Shown here in pieces: positions 37,577 to 46,660 of a stretch of DNA of 64,000 nucleotides. Made by a program: the position numbers and the translations under genes. Source of the stretch: Fibrobacterota bacterium (GTDB lineage: Bacteria; Fibrobacterota; Fibrobacteria; UBA11236); NCBI GenBank assembly GCA_947482115.1, contig CANKII010000001.1, positions 448,785 through 512,784 of the forward strand, read 5' to 3'. Position 1 is the first letter of the stretch, and each line of letters starts with the position of its first letter. The notes under the pieces are model-generated. The model ran no database searches. It saw only the letters and a list, made by a program, of their open reading frames with translations, and was not told where the DNA came from.

Positions 37577-37605
37577 GGGCGCATAGCCATGCGCCCCTAC
37601 GGGGG
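37568..37605. terminator. perfect 17-bp-stem palindrome at convergent SprT/trmB ends (bidirectional terminator candidate)
   Basis: CCCCCGTAGGGGCGCAT-AGCC-ATGCGCCCCTACGGGGG; both stop codons (TAG) and the HPP C-termini of both proteins lie in the mirrored arms. Confidence 0.5.
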
Positions 37606-38301
37606 ATGCACCCGTAACACACACCGGTAAATCGGTTTTCCGATCTTTCGGTATTTGATCTCAAAGTTGGTTTGAATCCCCTCGGTGGGTTCCGCTTTCG
37701 GATCGATCATTTCCAGCCACGGCATGCGTTTGAAAAGCTCCTGCGTCTCCAGATTGTATTCCTCATGATCGGTGCCAAAGAAAAACAGGGCATCGGGAGT
37801 GGAAATGCGCCGGACCTGATCGAGAAACTCTTCCTGCATGATCCGGTGTTTGTGATGCCGCTTCTTCGGCCATGGATCGGGAAAATAAACGTGCACGGCT
37901 TTTGTACAGGCATCGGGTAAAAAGTCCCGGAAGAAAATCAGGGCGTCACCCAAGACCAAACGCACGTGTTTAAGCTGGGGGCGTCGGGCCACACGACCGG
38001 CGGCGATGTAGGCGATCTCGGCTTCTTTCTCCAAAGCCAGAAAAGGCATGTCCGGATGCCTTTCGCAATAGGACGTCATGAAAGTTCCCTTGCCGCAACC
38101 CACCTCGATTTCAATGGGACCCGGGACTCCGAAAAATGCGGGGATGTCGATGGGCGTTGTCGCCGGAGTGTTTTCCGTCCTCAGCAGGGGAAGGTCTGCA
38201 TCGTCCTTCAGCAACCGCAAATGAAAATAGTGTTTCAGGTCGTGGCTGGGGGTCAGCGCACGCTGGAATTCGTAAGAGGATAGCCCGGAGGGAAGGGACA
38301 T
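37597..38301 (-). CDS. trmB: tRNA (guanine46-N7)-methyltransferase
   Basis: IEVGCGKGTFM SAM motif, ...FPDPWPKKRHHKHR. Confidence 0.85.
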   Translation of the reverse strand: MSLPSGLSSYEFQRALTPSHDLKHYFHLRLLKDDADLPLLRTENTPATTPIDIPAFFGVPGPIEIEVGCGKGTFMTSYCERHPDMPFLALEKEAEIAYIAAGRVARRPQLKHVRLVLGDALIFFRDFLPDACTKAVHVYFPDPWPKKRHHKHRIMQEEFLDQVRRISTPDALFFFGTDHEEYNLETQELFKRMPWLEMIDPKAEPTEGIQTNFEIKYRKIGKPIYRCVLRVHPP

Positions 38302-38304
38302 ACG

Positions 38305-38440
38305 CCCTCACCCCCAACCCCTCTCCCATCTTAAAGGATGGGAGAGGGGAGAGGAACAAATGTTTTTTTTTGTTTTGAACACGAGCATTTATCTTCCCCC
38401 CTCTCCCACTTTTTGGTGGGAGAGGGGATGGGGGTGAGGG
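38305..38440. repeat. composite palindromic repeat, copy B
   Basis: CCCTCACCCCC-AA-CCCCTCTCCC-loop-GGGAGAGGGG-AT-rich spacer (T9 run)-CCCCTCTCCC-loop-GGGAGAGGGG-AT-GGGGGTGAGGG between trmB and gatB; causes ORF caller to over-extend gatB to 38338. Confidence 0.8.
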
Positions 38441-38463
38441 TCGAGAAAACTAACTTTCATTTC

Positions 38464-39915
38464 ATGTCATACAGCATTGTCATTGGATTGGAAGTACACG
38501 CCCAGCTCTCCACAAACACCAAAATGTTTTGCGGTTGCCGGGTCGAATTTGGCGCAGAGCCGAACACCTTGATTTGCCCCGTCTGCCTCGGTATGCCCGG
38601 CACCTTGCCTGCGCCCAATGCGACGGCTGTGGAAAGCGCTGTCAAAATGGGACTGGCCTGCGGCTCCCGGATTGAGCCGCGCCCCATGTGGACGCGCAAG
38701 AATTATTTCTATCCCGATCTTCCCAAGGGTTACCAGATCACCCAGCAGGGGGGATCGCCGATTTACGATAAGCCGATTTGCACCGGCGGCCATCTTGAAA
38801 TCGATTTGGAAGATGGAACCCGCAAGCGTATCCGGTTGAACCGCATCCACATGGAAGAGGATGCCGGAAAACTGATTCACGATCTCACGGTCAATGATTC
38901 CCTGTTCGATGCCAATCGCTGCGGCACGCCCCTGATCGAGATTGTCACTGAAGCGGATCTTCGCTCGCCGCGTGAAGCTTATCTGTATCTGGAAAAGCTC
39001 AAGCAAATTCTCGAATATCTTGAGATTTGCGACGCGAACATGGAACGCGGAAACTTGCGTTGTGATGCCAACATCTCATTGCGTAAAGATGAGAACGCTC
39101 CGTTCGGCGAACGCATTGAACTCAAGAACATGAACTCTTTCCACAACATTGAAAAAGCGTTGGAATCGGAGATTGAATTACAGGCAGGAATGCTGGATCG
39201 CGGCGAAGTCGTCAAGCGTGTGACCAAACGTTGGGATGTGCAAAAAGGCGTCACTGTGTCCGTGCGTAGCAAGGAAGATGCGCAGGACTACCGTTATTTC
39301 CCGGAACCCGATTTGGTGCGTCTGAGCGTCACTGAAGCAGATGTGGAATCCATCCGAAAGGTTTTACCGGAATTGCCGGAGGCCCGTCGTCGTCGTTATG
39401 TCGAAGTTTACAGCGTCCCGCCTTATGACGCCGATGTATTGACCCGTGAAAAGGCAGTCTCGGAATTTTTTGAATCCGTATGCGCAGTGACCTCCGACAA
39501 GAAGGCTGCTTCCAACTGGGTCATGGGCGAAGTGTTGCGTGTGCTCAAGGATGGAAATCTCTCCATCACTGATTTGAAATTCACCCCGCAGCATTTGGGA
39601 GAGATGATCAATCTCATTCAAACGGGAGCCATTTCAGGCAAGATCGCCAAAACCGTTTTCGAACACATGGTGGCCGAAGGCAAACCACCGGAGCAAATCG
39701 TCCGCGAGCAGAATCTTTCCGTGATCAGCGACTCTTCCGCCATTGAAGGATTTATCCGTCAGGTGATGGAACAGGATGCCGAGAAGGTAGGCGAGTACCG
39801 GAGTGGCAAGGTGAAATTGTTCGGCTATTTCGTGGGTCAGGTGATGAAGGCCTGTCAGGGCAAAGCCAGCCCGGATCAAGTAAATGCCCTGTTGCAAAAG
39901 ATGCTGGCGGGGTAG
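38464..39915 (+). CDS. gatB: Asp-tRNA(Asn)/Glu-tRNA(Gln) amidotransferase subunit B
   Basis: MSYSIVIGLEVHAQLSTNTKMFCGC...ICPVCLG (GatB N-terminal Zn/cradle motifs); true start ATG 38464. Confidence 0.9.
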   Translation: MSYSIVIGLEVHAQLSTNTKMFCGCRVEFGAEPNTLICPVCLGMPGTLPAPNATAVESAVKMGLACGSRIEPRPMWTRKNYFYPDLPKGYQITQQGGSPIYDKPICTGGHLEIDLEDGTRKRIRLNRIHMEEDAGKLIHDLTVNDSLFDANRCGTPLIEIVTEADLRSPREAYLYLEKLKQILEYLEICDANMERGNLRCDANISLRKDENAPFGERIELKNMNSFHNIEKALESEIELQAGMLDRGEVVKRVTKRWDVQKGVTVSVRSKEDAQDYRYFPEPDLVRLSVTEADVESIRKVLPELPEARRRRYVEVYSVPPYDADVLTREKAVSEFFESVCAVTSDKKAASNWVMGEVLRVLKDGNLSITDLKFTPQHLGEMINLIQTGAISGKIAKTVFEHMVAEGKPPEQIVREQNLSVISDSSAIEGFIRQVMEQDAEKVGEYRSGKVKLFGYFVGQVMKACQGKASPDQVNALLQKMLAG

Positions 39916-40357
39916 GGAATTTTGGTTAAATGGGTGTTTCTGTTGGTTGCGGTTGTAGGGGCTGAAAATATTCCACCCCTACAACTGCCCCAACAAGATT
40001 CAACCCAAATCGTTCGTACGGATTCGACTCATTTACCCCCCCCGACCCCCGTATTTCTGAAACGCACCGATACCGTTTCGGTGGTAAAGCATCAGTTCAA
40101 TCACCGGGAACAGATTATCACCGGCGGCGTCATTATGGCCTGTTTAATGGGAATGCTGGCTATTATGAACAATTACAACCCCCGGTAATTTATTGCTTTT
40201 TGGCCCGGGAAGTGTATATTTGTAACATCTAAAACGCATTTACGTGGCTGCCCCACGGATTTAAAATCCCGCCAAGCAGATTCAAACGGTTTTCGGTTCT
40301 CCCGTAAGAGAACAAGCCAATTCACACATCACCGCCCTGGATTTAGGGGTCTTTCGC

Positions 40358-41842
40358 ATGGAACAGGATTTTATCAATAACTCTGAAGAACCCTCCGGAC
40401 AAATACCGGAAGAGGAAGAGTATTACCCCCAAAACCCCGAAGTTGCCGAGGATGGTGACGAGGATTCGGATTTTGACGGGGAAGAAGGTGAAGGTGAAGA
40501 GGAAGAAGACACCTTTGGCAACGGGACTTCGGGACGACCCAGAAAAGGGTTTGACCCCCAGCGGCAAATCCAGAATCTCTCCCAAATCTCGCATGAGTCC
40601 AATGACAGCCAGCGTCGTTTTCGCAAACGGAACAAGCTCAATAAAATCGTAACCCGGATGAAACCGGGTGGAAAGCGCACTCCGGGCCAACAGGGCGGAG
40701 CTTTGGATTACTCTGCGGATTATGACCCCCGTTCGGAAGCCGAGGAGTATACGGCGTTAATTTACGTCACCGAAAACGGCCATGGATTCATGCGCTCGGA
40801 GCGTATCAATTTTCAGGCTCAGGATATTGATATCGTCATCCCGCGTGAAATGGTGCAGCGCTTCGGACTGCGTTCGGGTCACAAGATTCAGGCCATTGTC
40901 CGCGCCAAACGGAATCGCCGCCAGAAGGTGGTTTCCCACCTGCTCTTCATTCAGGATGAGCCGATTGAAACGTGGAGACCGACTCCGCCGTTTCACACTT
41001 TGACCAGCATCAACCCCCACGAGTTCTACCACCTTTCATCCCCTTCGGATGAAGACAAGAGCATGACGCTTTTGGAACTGCTCACACCAATCGGCAAGGG
41101 GCAGCGCGGTCTTATCGTGGCGCCACCGCGCACCGGCAAAACCATTCTAATGGAAAAAATCGCCAATGGCATTGCCCGCAATCATCCGGAAGCGGAGATT
41201 TTTCTGCTGCTCATCGATGAGCGCCCCGAGGAAGTCACACATTTGACCCGCCGCATCAAAGGCAAGATTTACGCCTCCTGTCTGGATCGATCCATCGACG
41301 AACATATTGCGCTCACGCAAATGGTGATCGACATGGCGGAGCGCAAGGTGGAACGCGGCAAGGATGTGGTTATTCTGCTGGATTCCATCACACGCATGGC
41401 ACGCGCCTTCAACAACCAGTTGAAATCCTCCGGCCGCACCTTATCCGGCGGTGTGGACGCCAAGGCCATGCAGGAGCCCAAGAAATTCTTTGGCGCAGCC
41501 CGCAAAATCGAAGAGGGTGGAAGCCTGACGATCATCGCCACGGCGCTGGTCCAAACCGGTTCGCAAATGGACGAGGTAATTTTCCAGGAGTTCAAGGGCA
41601 CGGGCAACATGGAGTTGGTGCTCAACCGCCGACTGGCCGAAAAACGCATCTATCCCGCACTCGACATCGGCATGTCCGGCACCCGCCGCGAGGAATTGAT
41701 CCTGCCACCGGAATATCACAAGGCTGCGTCCCGCTTCCGCCGTTATCTGGCGAATCTTACCGAGGCAAACCAAATGCAGGCAGCGTTGCAGGAATTGGAG
41801 AAATTCAAGAGCACCGAAGCGTTCATCAACGCGTTTGTGTAG
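40358..41842 (+). CDS. rho: transcription termination factor Rho with N-terminal acidic/basic low-complexity insertion
   Basis: OB-fold RNA-binding and RecA-like ATPase core ([11 protein letters not shown] Walker [11 protein letters not shown] loops) highly similar to E. coli Rho; first ~120 aa E/D-rich then R/K-rich disordered segment. Confidence 0.9.
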   Translation: MEQDFINNSEEPSGQIPEEEEYYPQNPEVAEDGDEDSDFDGEEGEGEEEEDTFGNGTSGRPRKGFDPQRQIQNLSQISHESNDSQRRFRKRNKLNKIVTRMKPGGKRTPGQQGGALDYSADYDPRSEAEEYTALIYVTENGHGFMRSERINFQAQDIDIVIPREMVQRFGLRSGHKIQAIVRAKRNRRQKVVSHLLFIQDEPIETWRPTPPFHTLTSINPHEFYHLSSPSDEDKSMTLLELLTPIGKGQRGLIVAPPRTGKTILMEKIANGIARNHPEAEIFLLLIDERPEEVTHLTRRIKGKIYASCLDRSIDEHIALTQMVIDMAERKVERGKDVVILLDSITRMARAFNNQLKSSGRTLSGGVDAKAMQEPKKFFGAARKIEEGGSLTIIATALVQTGSQMDEVIFQEFKGTGNMELVLNRRLAEKRIYPALDIGMSGTRREELILPPEYHKAASRFRRYLANLTEANQMQAALQELEKFKSTEAFINAFV

Positions 41843-41889
41843 CTTCGTACCCTTCGACTACGCTCAGGGTACGAGACAAGGAGTTTAAG

Positions 41890-42309
41890 ATGAAGATTCA
41901 ATTACGGGGCACACCGGACTTTCACTTCGAAGCAAAGAGTCCGGAGAACGATTACACGTTTTCCATCGGCGCCTCCAAGTCCATTGGCGGGGATGAAAGC
42001 GGATTTCGGCCCATGCAGGTTTTGTTGGCTTCATTGGGAGGCTGTTCCGGCATTGATGTGGTGAATATCCTGAAGAAATCCCGCGTGGAATTTGATTCCA
42101 TTGACATCGAAATAAACGGAGACAGAAAACCGGATTCTACCCCGTCGCCTTTCACTCATATTCGCCTTTTGTTTCGCGTTCACGGTAAAAATGTGGACAA
42201 GACCAAGGTTGAAAAGGCCGTGAGCCTCTCGGTGGGGAAGTATTGTTCAGCCATCACTTCGCTCGATCCTGCAATTACGATAGAGACGGTTACGGAAGTT
42301 GTGGAATAA
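41890..42309 (+). CDS. OsmC/Ohr-family peroxiredoxin-like protein
   Basis: 139 aa; GGCSGIDV and ...GKYCSA conserved Cys pair of OsmC family. Confidence 0.75.
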   Translation: MKIQLRGTPDFHFEAKSPENDYTFSIGASKSIGGDESGFRPMQVLLASLGGCSGIDVVNILKKSRVEFDSIDIEINGDRKPDSTPSPFTHIRLLFRVHGKNVDKTKVEKAVSLSVGKYCSAITSLDPAITIETVTEVVE

Positions 42310-42592
42310 TCCAGTGACTAAAGCGTTTCGACTTGTGGGCTGGCTGGAAGGGGCTTCTTTCCTGATCCTGTTGTTCATCGCCATGCCGCTCAAGTATCAC
42401 TGGCATATGCCGTTGGCGGTGAGAGTCGTAGGCATGGCACACGGTTTGTTGTTCCTCGCCTATCTGTTTTCCGCTTACAACATGGCTTCCAAGTTTGACT
42501 GGTCATTCCGTAAACAGGCGAAGGCCTACATTGCGGCATTTCTGCCTTTTGGAACCTTTGTGTTTAACGCGAAGTATTTAAAGCAGAATTAA
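42299..42592 (+). CDS. DUF3817-family small membrane protein
   Basis: AFRLVGWLEGASFLILLFIAMPLKY...PLAVRVVGMAHGLLFLAYL...AAFLPFGTFVFN pattern typical of DUF3817. Confidence 0.7.
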   Translation: MWNNPVTKAFRLVGWLEGASFLILLFIAMPLKYHWHMPLAVRVVGMAHGLLFLAYLFSAYNMASKFDWSFRKQAKAYIAAFLPFGTFVFNAKYLKQN

Positions 42593-42611
42593 GCTAAAGC
42601 AGACGGGGTAA

Positions 42612-43184
42612 TCACTTCGTCCGCCACGATCCGAATACATGGTCCCTTGCGTCGGTTGATGCATGGCATAGTATGCAGGAAGAGATCTTTCCACTTTCCA
42701 CATTCTGACTGTCATTGAAATAGAAGTATTCCCAGTCGCCGTGTTCCGGGTCATAACCAACAGGCCGTTTTACCATTCCACCTACGCCACTATCCACTTC
42801 CACGCCCAGTTTTCCATTGTCCATCCAGTAGGGGTGGAATTTCTTCTGCTTGATAATTACCGAACCGACCGGATAGGACGCGGAATTACTGTCGAAAGCG
42901 ACAGTCGCCAGATTGTTCATGTAAACAAGTATGGCGGCATAAGCATGTGGGCCATTTTTGATGCGAGCTTTGTCAATATCCTGCTGGTTTGCCCCACGGC
43001 AAAGCATAGCCAGTTCTGGATTTACTAAAACCTCTTTGTCAGTAACCTTCTCATAGCTCACCGCGTAGGCGCTAACGATTTCCGGAATCGTGGGTGAGGC
43101 ATTATTTGGGTTTAGAGTTTCCTGCGAATTACAACTTATCAGAAAGGTTGCAAAACCTATGGCGAGGAATATGAAAGACTTCAT
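42612..43184 (-). CDS. secreted lipoprotein with single C-terminal CXXCH heme-binding motif (cytochrome P460/c'-beta-like candidate)
   Basis: Lipoprotein signal MKSFIFLAIGFATFLISC; ~190 aa; single CILCH motif near C-terminus; track ORF over-extended to 43364 into MFS gene. Confidence 0.45.
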   Translation of the reverse strand: MKSFIFLAIGFATFLISCNSQETLNPNNASPTIPEIVSAYAVSYEKVTDKEVLVNPELAMLCRGANQQDIDKARIKNGPHAYAAILVYMNNLATVAFDSNSASYPVGSVIIKQKKFHPYWMDNGKLGVEVDSGVGGMVKRPVGYDPEHGDWEYFYFNDSQNVESGKISSCILCHASTDARDHVFGSWRTK

Positions 43185-43230
43185 GATTCCATAAATGTAT
43201 CGCCGGAATTCAGGACTGGCAGTACGATTT

Positions 43231-44502
43231 TCACAAACTCTCGTGCATCGTCTCCCGTGACAACCAAAGTGCCAAAAAGGTGATTGCAGCCGCAATAGAC
43301 AGATAATAGCCCACGAATTGCAAGCCATACTTTGTCGCCAACCATGTGGCTGCGTAAGGTGCAAGCGAAGCTCCGAAAATTCCCGCCAGATTAAAGGTTA
43401 GAGAAGCGCCGGTATAACGAACGGTTGTGGGGAAGAGCTCGGACAGCATCGTACCTAACGGGCCATAGCATAGACCCATCAAACCCAGCCCAAGGGCAAG
43501 AAAGAGAAGAACCAGAGGTGTACTGCCAGAACCGAACAGTGGGGCGAAGACGAGGCCGAAGAGCATAATCGCCGCGATGATCCACATCTGCGTAATGCGG
43601 CGGCCATGGCGATCCGCAAGCCAACTGGCAATGGGAATGGTCAGTCCGAAAAAGACCACACCGAACATTTGCATCAGCAAAAACTGGTTGCGGGAATAGC
43701 CCAGTGCCTTGGTGCCCCAAGTCAATGCAAATACGGTCATCAAATAAAATGTCACGAACACCGTCAGCGCAAGCATGGTTCCCAAAATCAAAGTCTTCCA
43801 ATGAAACTTGAATACCTCAACCACAGGCACAGCAACCCGCTCATTATGCTGAACAGCCTTGCGGAATACCGGTGTTTCTTCCAACTTGAGACGCACATAA
43901 AGCCCGAGCATCACCAACAATGCACTGGCAAGAAAGGGTATACGCCAACCGAAGCGGAAGAACTGTTCATCGCTCAGGGATGTGCTCAGAATCAAAAAAA
44001 TTCCACTGGAGAGAATGAAACCTATCGGCGCTCCCAACTGTGGGAACATACCATACCATGCGCGTTTTCCCGGAGGCGCATTTTCCGTCGCCAGCAATAC
44101 CGCACCGCCCCATTCACCGCCCAACCCAAGGCCTTGTCCAAAACGGCACAGCGCCAGCAGCAGGGGAGCCCAGATGCCGATTTGTGCATAAGTCGGGAGA
44201 ACACCAATGATGACCGTGGACAAACCCATGGTGAACAGCGCCGCCACCAAGGTCGCCTTACGACCGACGCGATCTCCAAAGTGACCGAATAATGCCGAAC
44301 CGATGGGACGCGCGAAAAAGGCGAGCGCGAAAGTGGCCAGCGATTGCAAAGTCGCCGAGGTGGGATCGGACTTGGGGAAAAACAAATGCGGAAACACCAA
44401 CACCGCAGCAGTAGCGTAGATGTAGAAGTCGAAGAATTCTATGGCCGTGCCGATGAGGCTGGCGAATAAGATGCGACTGGGGGAGTTGGTTTTAGCGGTC
44501 AT
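43231..44502 (-). CDS. MFS transporter (metabolite:H+ symporter family)
   Basis: 423 aa, 12 TM, GHFGDRVGRK MFS signature. Confidence 0.85.
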   Translation of the reverse strand: MTAKTNSPSRILFASLIGTAIEFFDFYIYATAAVLVFPHLFFPKSDPTSATLQSLATFALAFFARPIGSALFGHFGDRVGRKATLVAALFTMGLSTVIIGVLPTYAQIGIWAPLLLALCRFGQGLGLGGEWGGAVLLATENAPPGKRAWYGMFPQLGAPIGFILSSGIFLILSTSLSDEQFFRFGWRIPFLASALLVMLGLYVRLKLEETPVFRKAVQHNERVAVPVVEVFKFHWKTLILGTMLALTVFVTFYLMTVFALTWGTKALGYSRNQFLLMQMFGVVFFGLTIPIASWLADRHGRRITQMWIIAAIMLFGLVFAPLFGSGSTPLVLLFLALGLGLMGLCYGPLGTMLSELFPTTVRYTGASLTFNLAGIFGASLAPYAATWLATKYGLQFVGYYLSIAAAITFLALWLSRETMHESL

Positions 44503-44545
44503 ATTGCAACGATAGAATTGATCCGCTGGGTGAGCGGAGACAGGG

Positions 44546-45253
44546 CTATATCAGATATTCCGACACGAGCCATTCCTCCCGGCCATCGTCGAACTTGACC
44601 CGCAGATGTCCGTCCGGATTCACGTCCACGGGCAGGACTCTAGGTTGTCCAGGGCGATCCCGCAAACGAAGCGGGACATCCCACAGGACTTTCTCTTTCC
44701 ATTCCGTCACAATATCCCGCGTTCCGGTTTTAGTGAGCCGTTCCTGAATGGCCTCGGAAAAACCCGAAGCCAGAACCGAACCGCAATCCGGATCCGCTCC
44801 CGCTTCTATTAAGCAAGCGCTGGCCGTTCCACCATCCGATACCAAAGGGGCTTCCACCACATTGATTCCCAGTCCGATGAGAACATGATCGCCTGTTGTT
44901 TCCAGCAACATGCCCGCAACTTTGCGGCCTTCCCACAACAAATCATTGGGCCATTTCAATCGCAGACGCAAACGATTCTCCGGAGCAATGCAGGCAGCGG
45001 CGGTGTCCCAAAGTGCCAAGCCGGCCTCCAACGGAAACAGTTTCAACCGGGATGGCGGAAGGAATTTCCGGTGCGCCGCCAGTGTGAGATACACGTTTCC
45101 CACCGGACTGTGCCATGAACGGCCTCGGGTGCCGCGGCCCTGCGTTTGGACATCCGCGGTGATTAGAAGGAAGTCATACCCCGAAGCTTCGCTGCGGGCC
45201 GCTTCCATGGTCGATTCAATCGAGTCAAAGTGAATGTGGTGGATTTGATGCAT
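44546..45253 (-). CDS. birA: biotin--[acetyl-CoA-carboxylase] ligase (class I, no DNA-binding domain)
   Basis: TQGRGTRGRSWHSPVGNVYLTL matches BirA GRGRRGR.W.SP motif; KWPNDLL. Confidence 0.75.
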   Translation of the reverse strand: MHQIHHIHFDSIESTMEAARSEASGYDFLLITADVQTQGRGTRGRSWHSPVGNVYLTLAAHRKFLPPSRLKLFPLEAGLALWDTAAACIAPENRLRLRLKWPNDLLWEGRKVAGMLLETTGDHVLIGLGINVVEAPLVSDGGTASACLIEAGADPDCGSVLASGFSEAIQERLTKTGTRDIVTEWKEKVLWDVPLRLRDRPGQPRVLPVDVNPDGHLRVKFDDGREEWLVSEYLI

Positions 45254-45272
45254 GGGTCATTTCACAGGCGTT

Positions 45273-45815
45273 TTATTTTAAAAGATTTCCGCGCGGAGAT
45301 TTCACGAAGGCCGAATATTCGACTTCGAAATTGGGAGTGAAGACCCCTGTTCCCAATGCAGCATCCATTTCTTTGCGGCTCCAGAATTGTACTGCAGTGA
45401 CTTCATCCAGACCGGGATTAAACGGGCCTTCATGAAAACTCAAATAACTGCGGATGTTTTCCGATTCCACGGGGTCGCGAATTTTCAGGAAGTAGAGATA
45501 TTCCAAATCCGACACATCCAGAAAAATACCCAGTTCCTCTTCGGTTTCCCGCAAAGCGGCTTCCTCATAGGATTGGCCAAAACCCACATGACCGCCCACC
45601 GAGGTATCCCATTTATCGGGCATGATGTCCTTGGTGGAGGCGCGCTTTTGCAGCAGCATGAGCCCGGCGCGATTCAGAACGACCACGTGCACAGCCCGGT
45701 GAATAATAGAGGGGTTGCCGTGAACCATTCGTCGTGCAACCGGACCGATGACGGTTTCATCATCATCCGAAACCTGAATCAATTGCTCATCGGCATGGGG
45801 ATGGGGAATGGACAT
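45273..45815 (-). CDS. Nudix hydrolase (IPP-isomerase-like subfamily)
   Basis: HRAVHVVVLNRAGLMLLQKRASTK...GGHVGFGQSYEEAALRETEEELGI. Confidence 0.7.
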   Translation of the reverse strand: MSIPHPHADEQLIQVSDDDETVIGPVARRMVHGNPSIIHRAVHVVVLNRAGLMLLQKRASTKDIMPDKWDTSVGGHVGFGQSYEEAALRETEEELGIFLDVSDLEYLYFLKIRDPVESENIRSYLSFHEGPFNPGLDEVTAVQFWSRKEMDAALGTGVFTPNFEVEYSAFVKSPRGNLLK

Positions 45816-45903
45816 TCTTGGAAATTAGTAAGCCTGAAAACCTCAAAGTGTTTAGTTTTTGGGTGTGATTTTCAGTTCCTCAACCCCCGTCAAGGAGAAC
45901 CCC

Positions 45904-46557
45904 ATGAATAGATTCCATGTTGCCTTCTCAATTGCCATTCTGGCGGCTTCGGCAAGCTTTGCCGCTATCAGCAACATCACCGGGTTTGGCACGCTCGCCA
46001 TCCCAACCGGGGAATTTGCGGACGACGCCTCCTCCGGGGCCAATGCCGGTTTGGCTACAACCGGATTCGGAGTAGGTGGTGAATACAATTATCCCATCGA
46101 CGGGGAAAATTTTATTTGGAGCTCCAGTGCCTTTTGGATCTTTAATCCAACGGATGAAGACGAATTGAAAAAGGGTTTTGGAGTCACATCGGCGTCCGGA
46201 ATGAATTATTGGAATGTCCCTCTCCTGACCGGGTTGAAATTACAGAAGGCATTATCCCCCGCGTTTACTGGATATGTTACGGGCCAGGCGGGCTTTAATT
46301 ACAAGACGGCGACGGATGGAGAAATAGCCAACGGCGGACCGTCAACAAAGGTGAAGGTTTCCGGATCCGGTGCGTTTGCCTTTTCCATTGGCGCGGGCAT
46401 GATTCTGAAACAGGAAATACTCAATCATAGAATCCATATCAGCGGTCGGTACATGAGCTTGGGCAAACCCACCGTCAAACTCAAAACAAATGCAGGGAGT
46501 GGTTCGTTCAAGGGTGAAACAAATCTCATTGCAATTTTGGCGGGCCTTGATTTCTAA
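45904..46557 (+). CDS. outer-membrane beta-barrel protein (OmpA-like TM domain / porin-like)
   Basis: Signal peptide MNRFHVAFSIAILAASASFA, alternating amphipathic beta-strands, C-terminal ...GLDF. Confidence 0.5.
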   Translation: MNRFHVAFSIAILAASASFAAISNITGFGTLAIPTGEFADDASSGANAGLATTGFGVGGEYNYPIDGENFIWSSSAFWIFNPTDEDELKKGFGVTSASGMNYWNVPLLTGLKLQKALSPAFTGYVTGQAGFNYKTATDGEIANGGPSTKVKVSGSGAFAFSIGAGMILKQEILNHRIHISGRYMSLGKPTVKLKTNAGSGSFKGETNLIAILAGLDF

Positions 46558-46582
46558 GAACGAAAAAACATCTATTTAGACC

Positions 46583-46622
46583 AGCGCCTTTTCCCGAAAT
46601 GGAAAGGGCGCTTACTTTTTCT
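46583..46622 (+). terminator. Rho-independent terminator
   Basis: AGCGCCTTTTCC-CGAAAT-GGAAAGGGCGCT followed by TACTTTTTCT; on the opposite strand also followed by a T-rich run (bidirectional). Confidence 0.65.
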
Positions 46623-46660
46623 CGAGCCCTGAGTCCGCCTTGGGCGGAAAGGGCGAAGGA

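Noticed and set aside
38338-38463. N-terminal extension of gatB (MGEGRGTNV...LVGEGMGVRVEKTNFHF)
   Set aside because: Extension is translation of the palindromic repeat copy B; GatB homology starts at MSYSIVIGLEVHAQL (ATG 38464)
39922-40188. 88-aa ORF between gatB and rho
   Set aside because: Lies in the hairpin-rich rho leader; Pro-rich low-complexity translation; more likely untranslated regulatory leader
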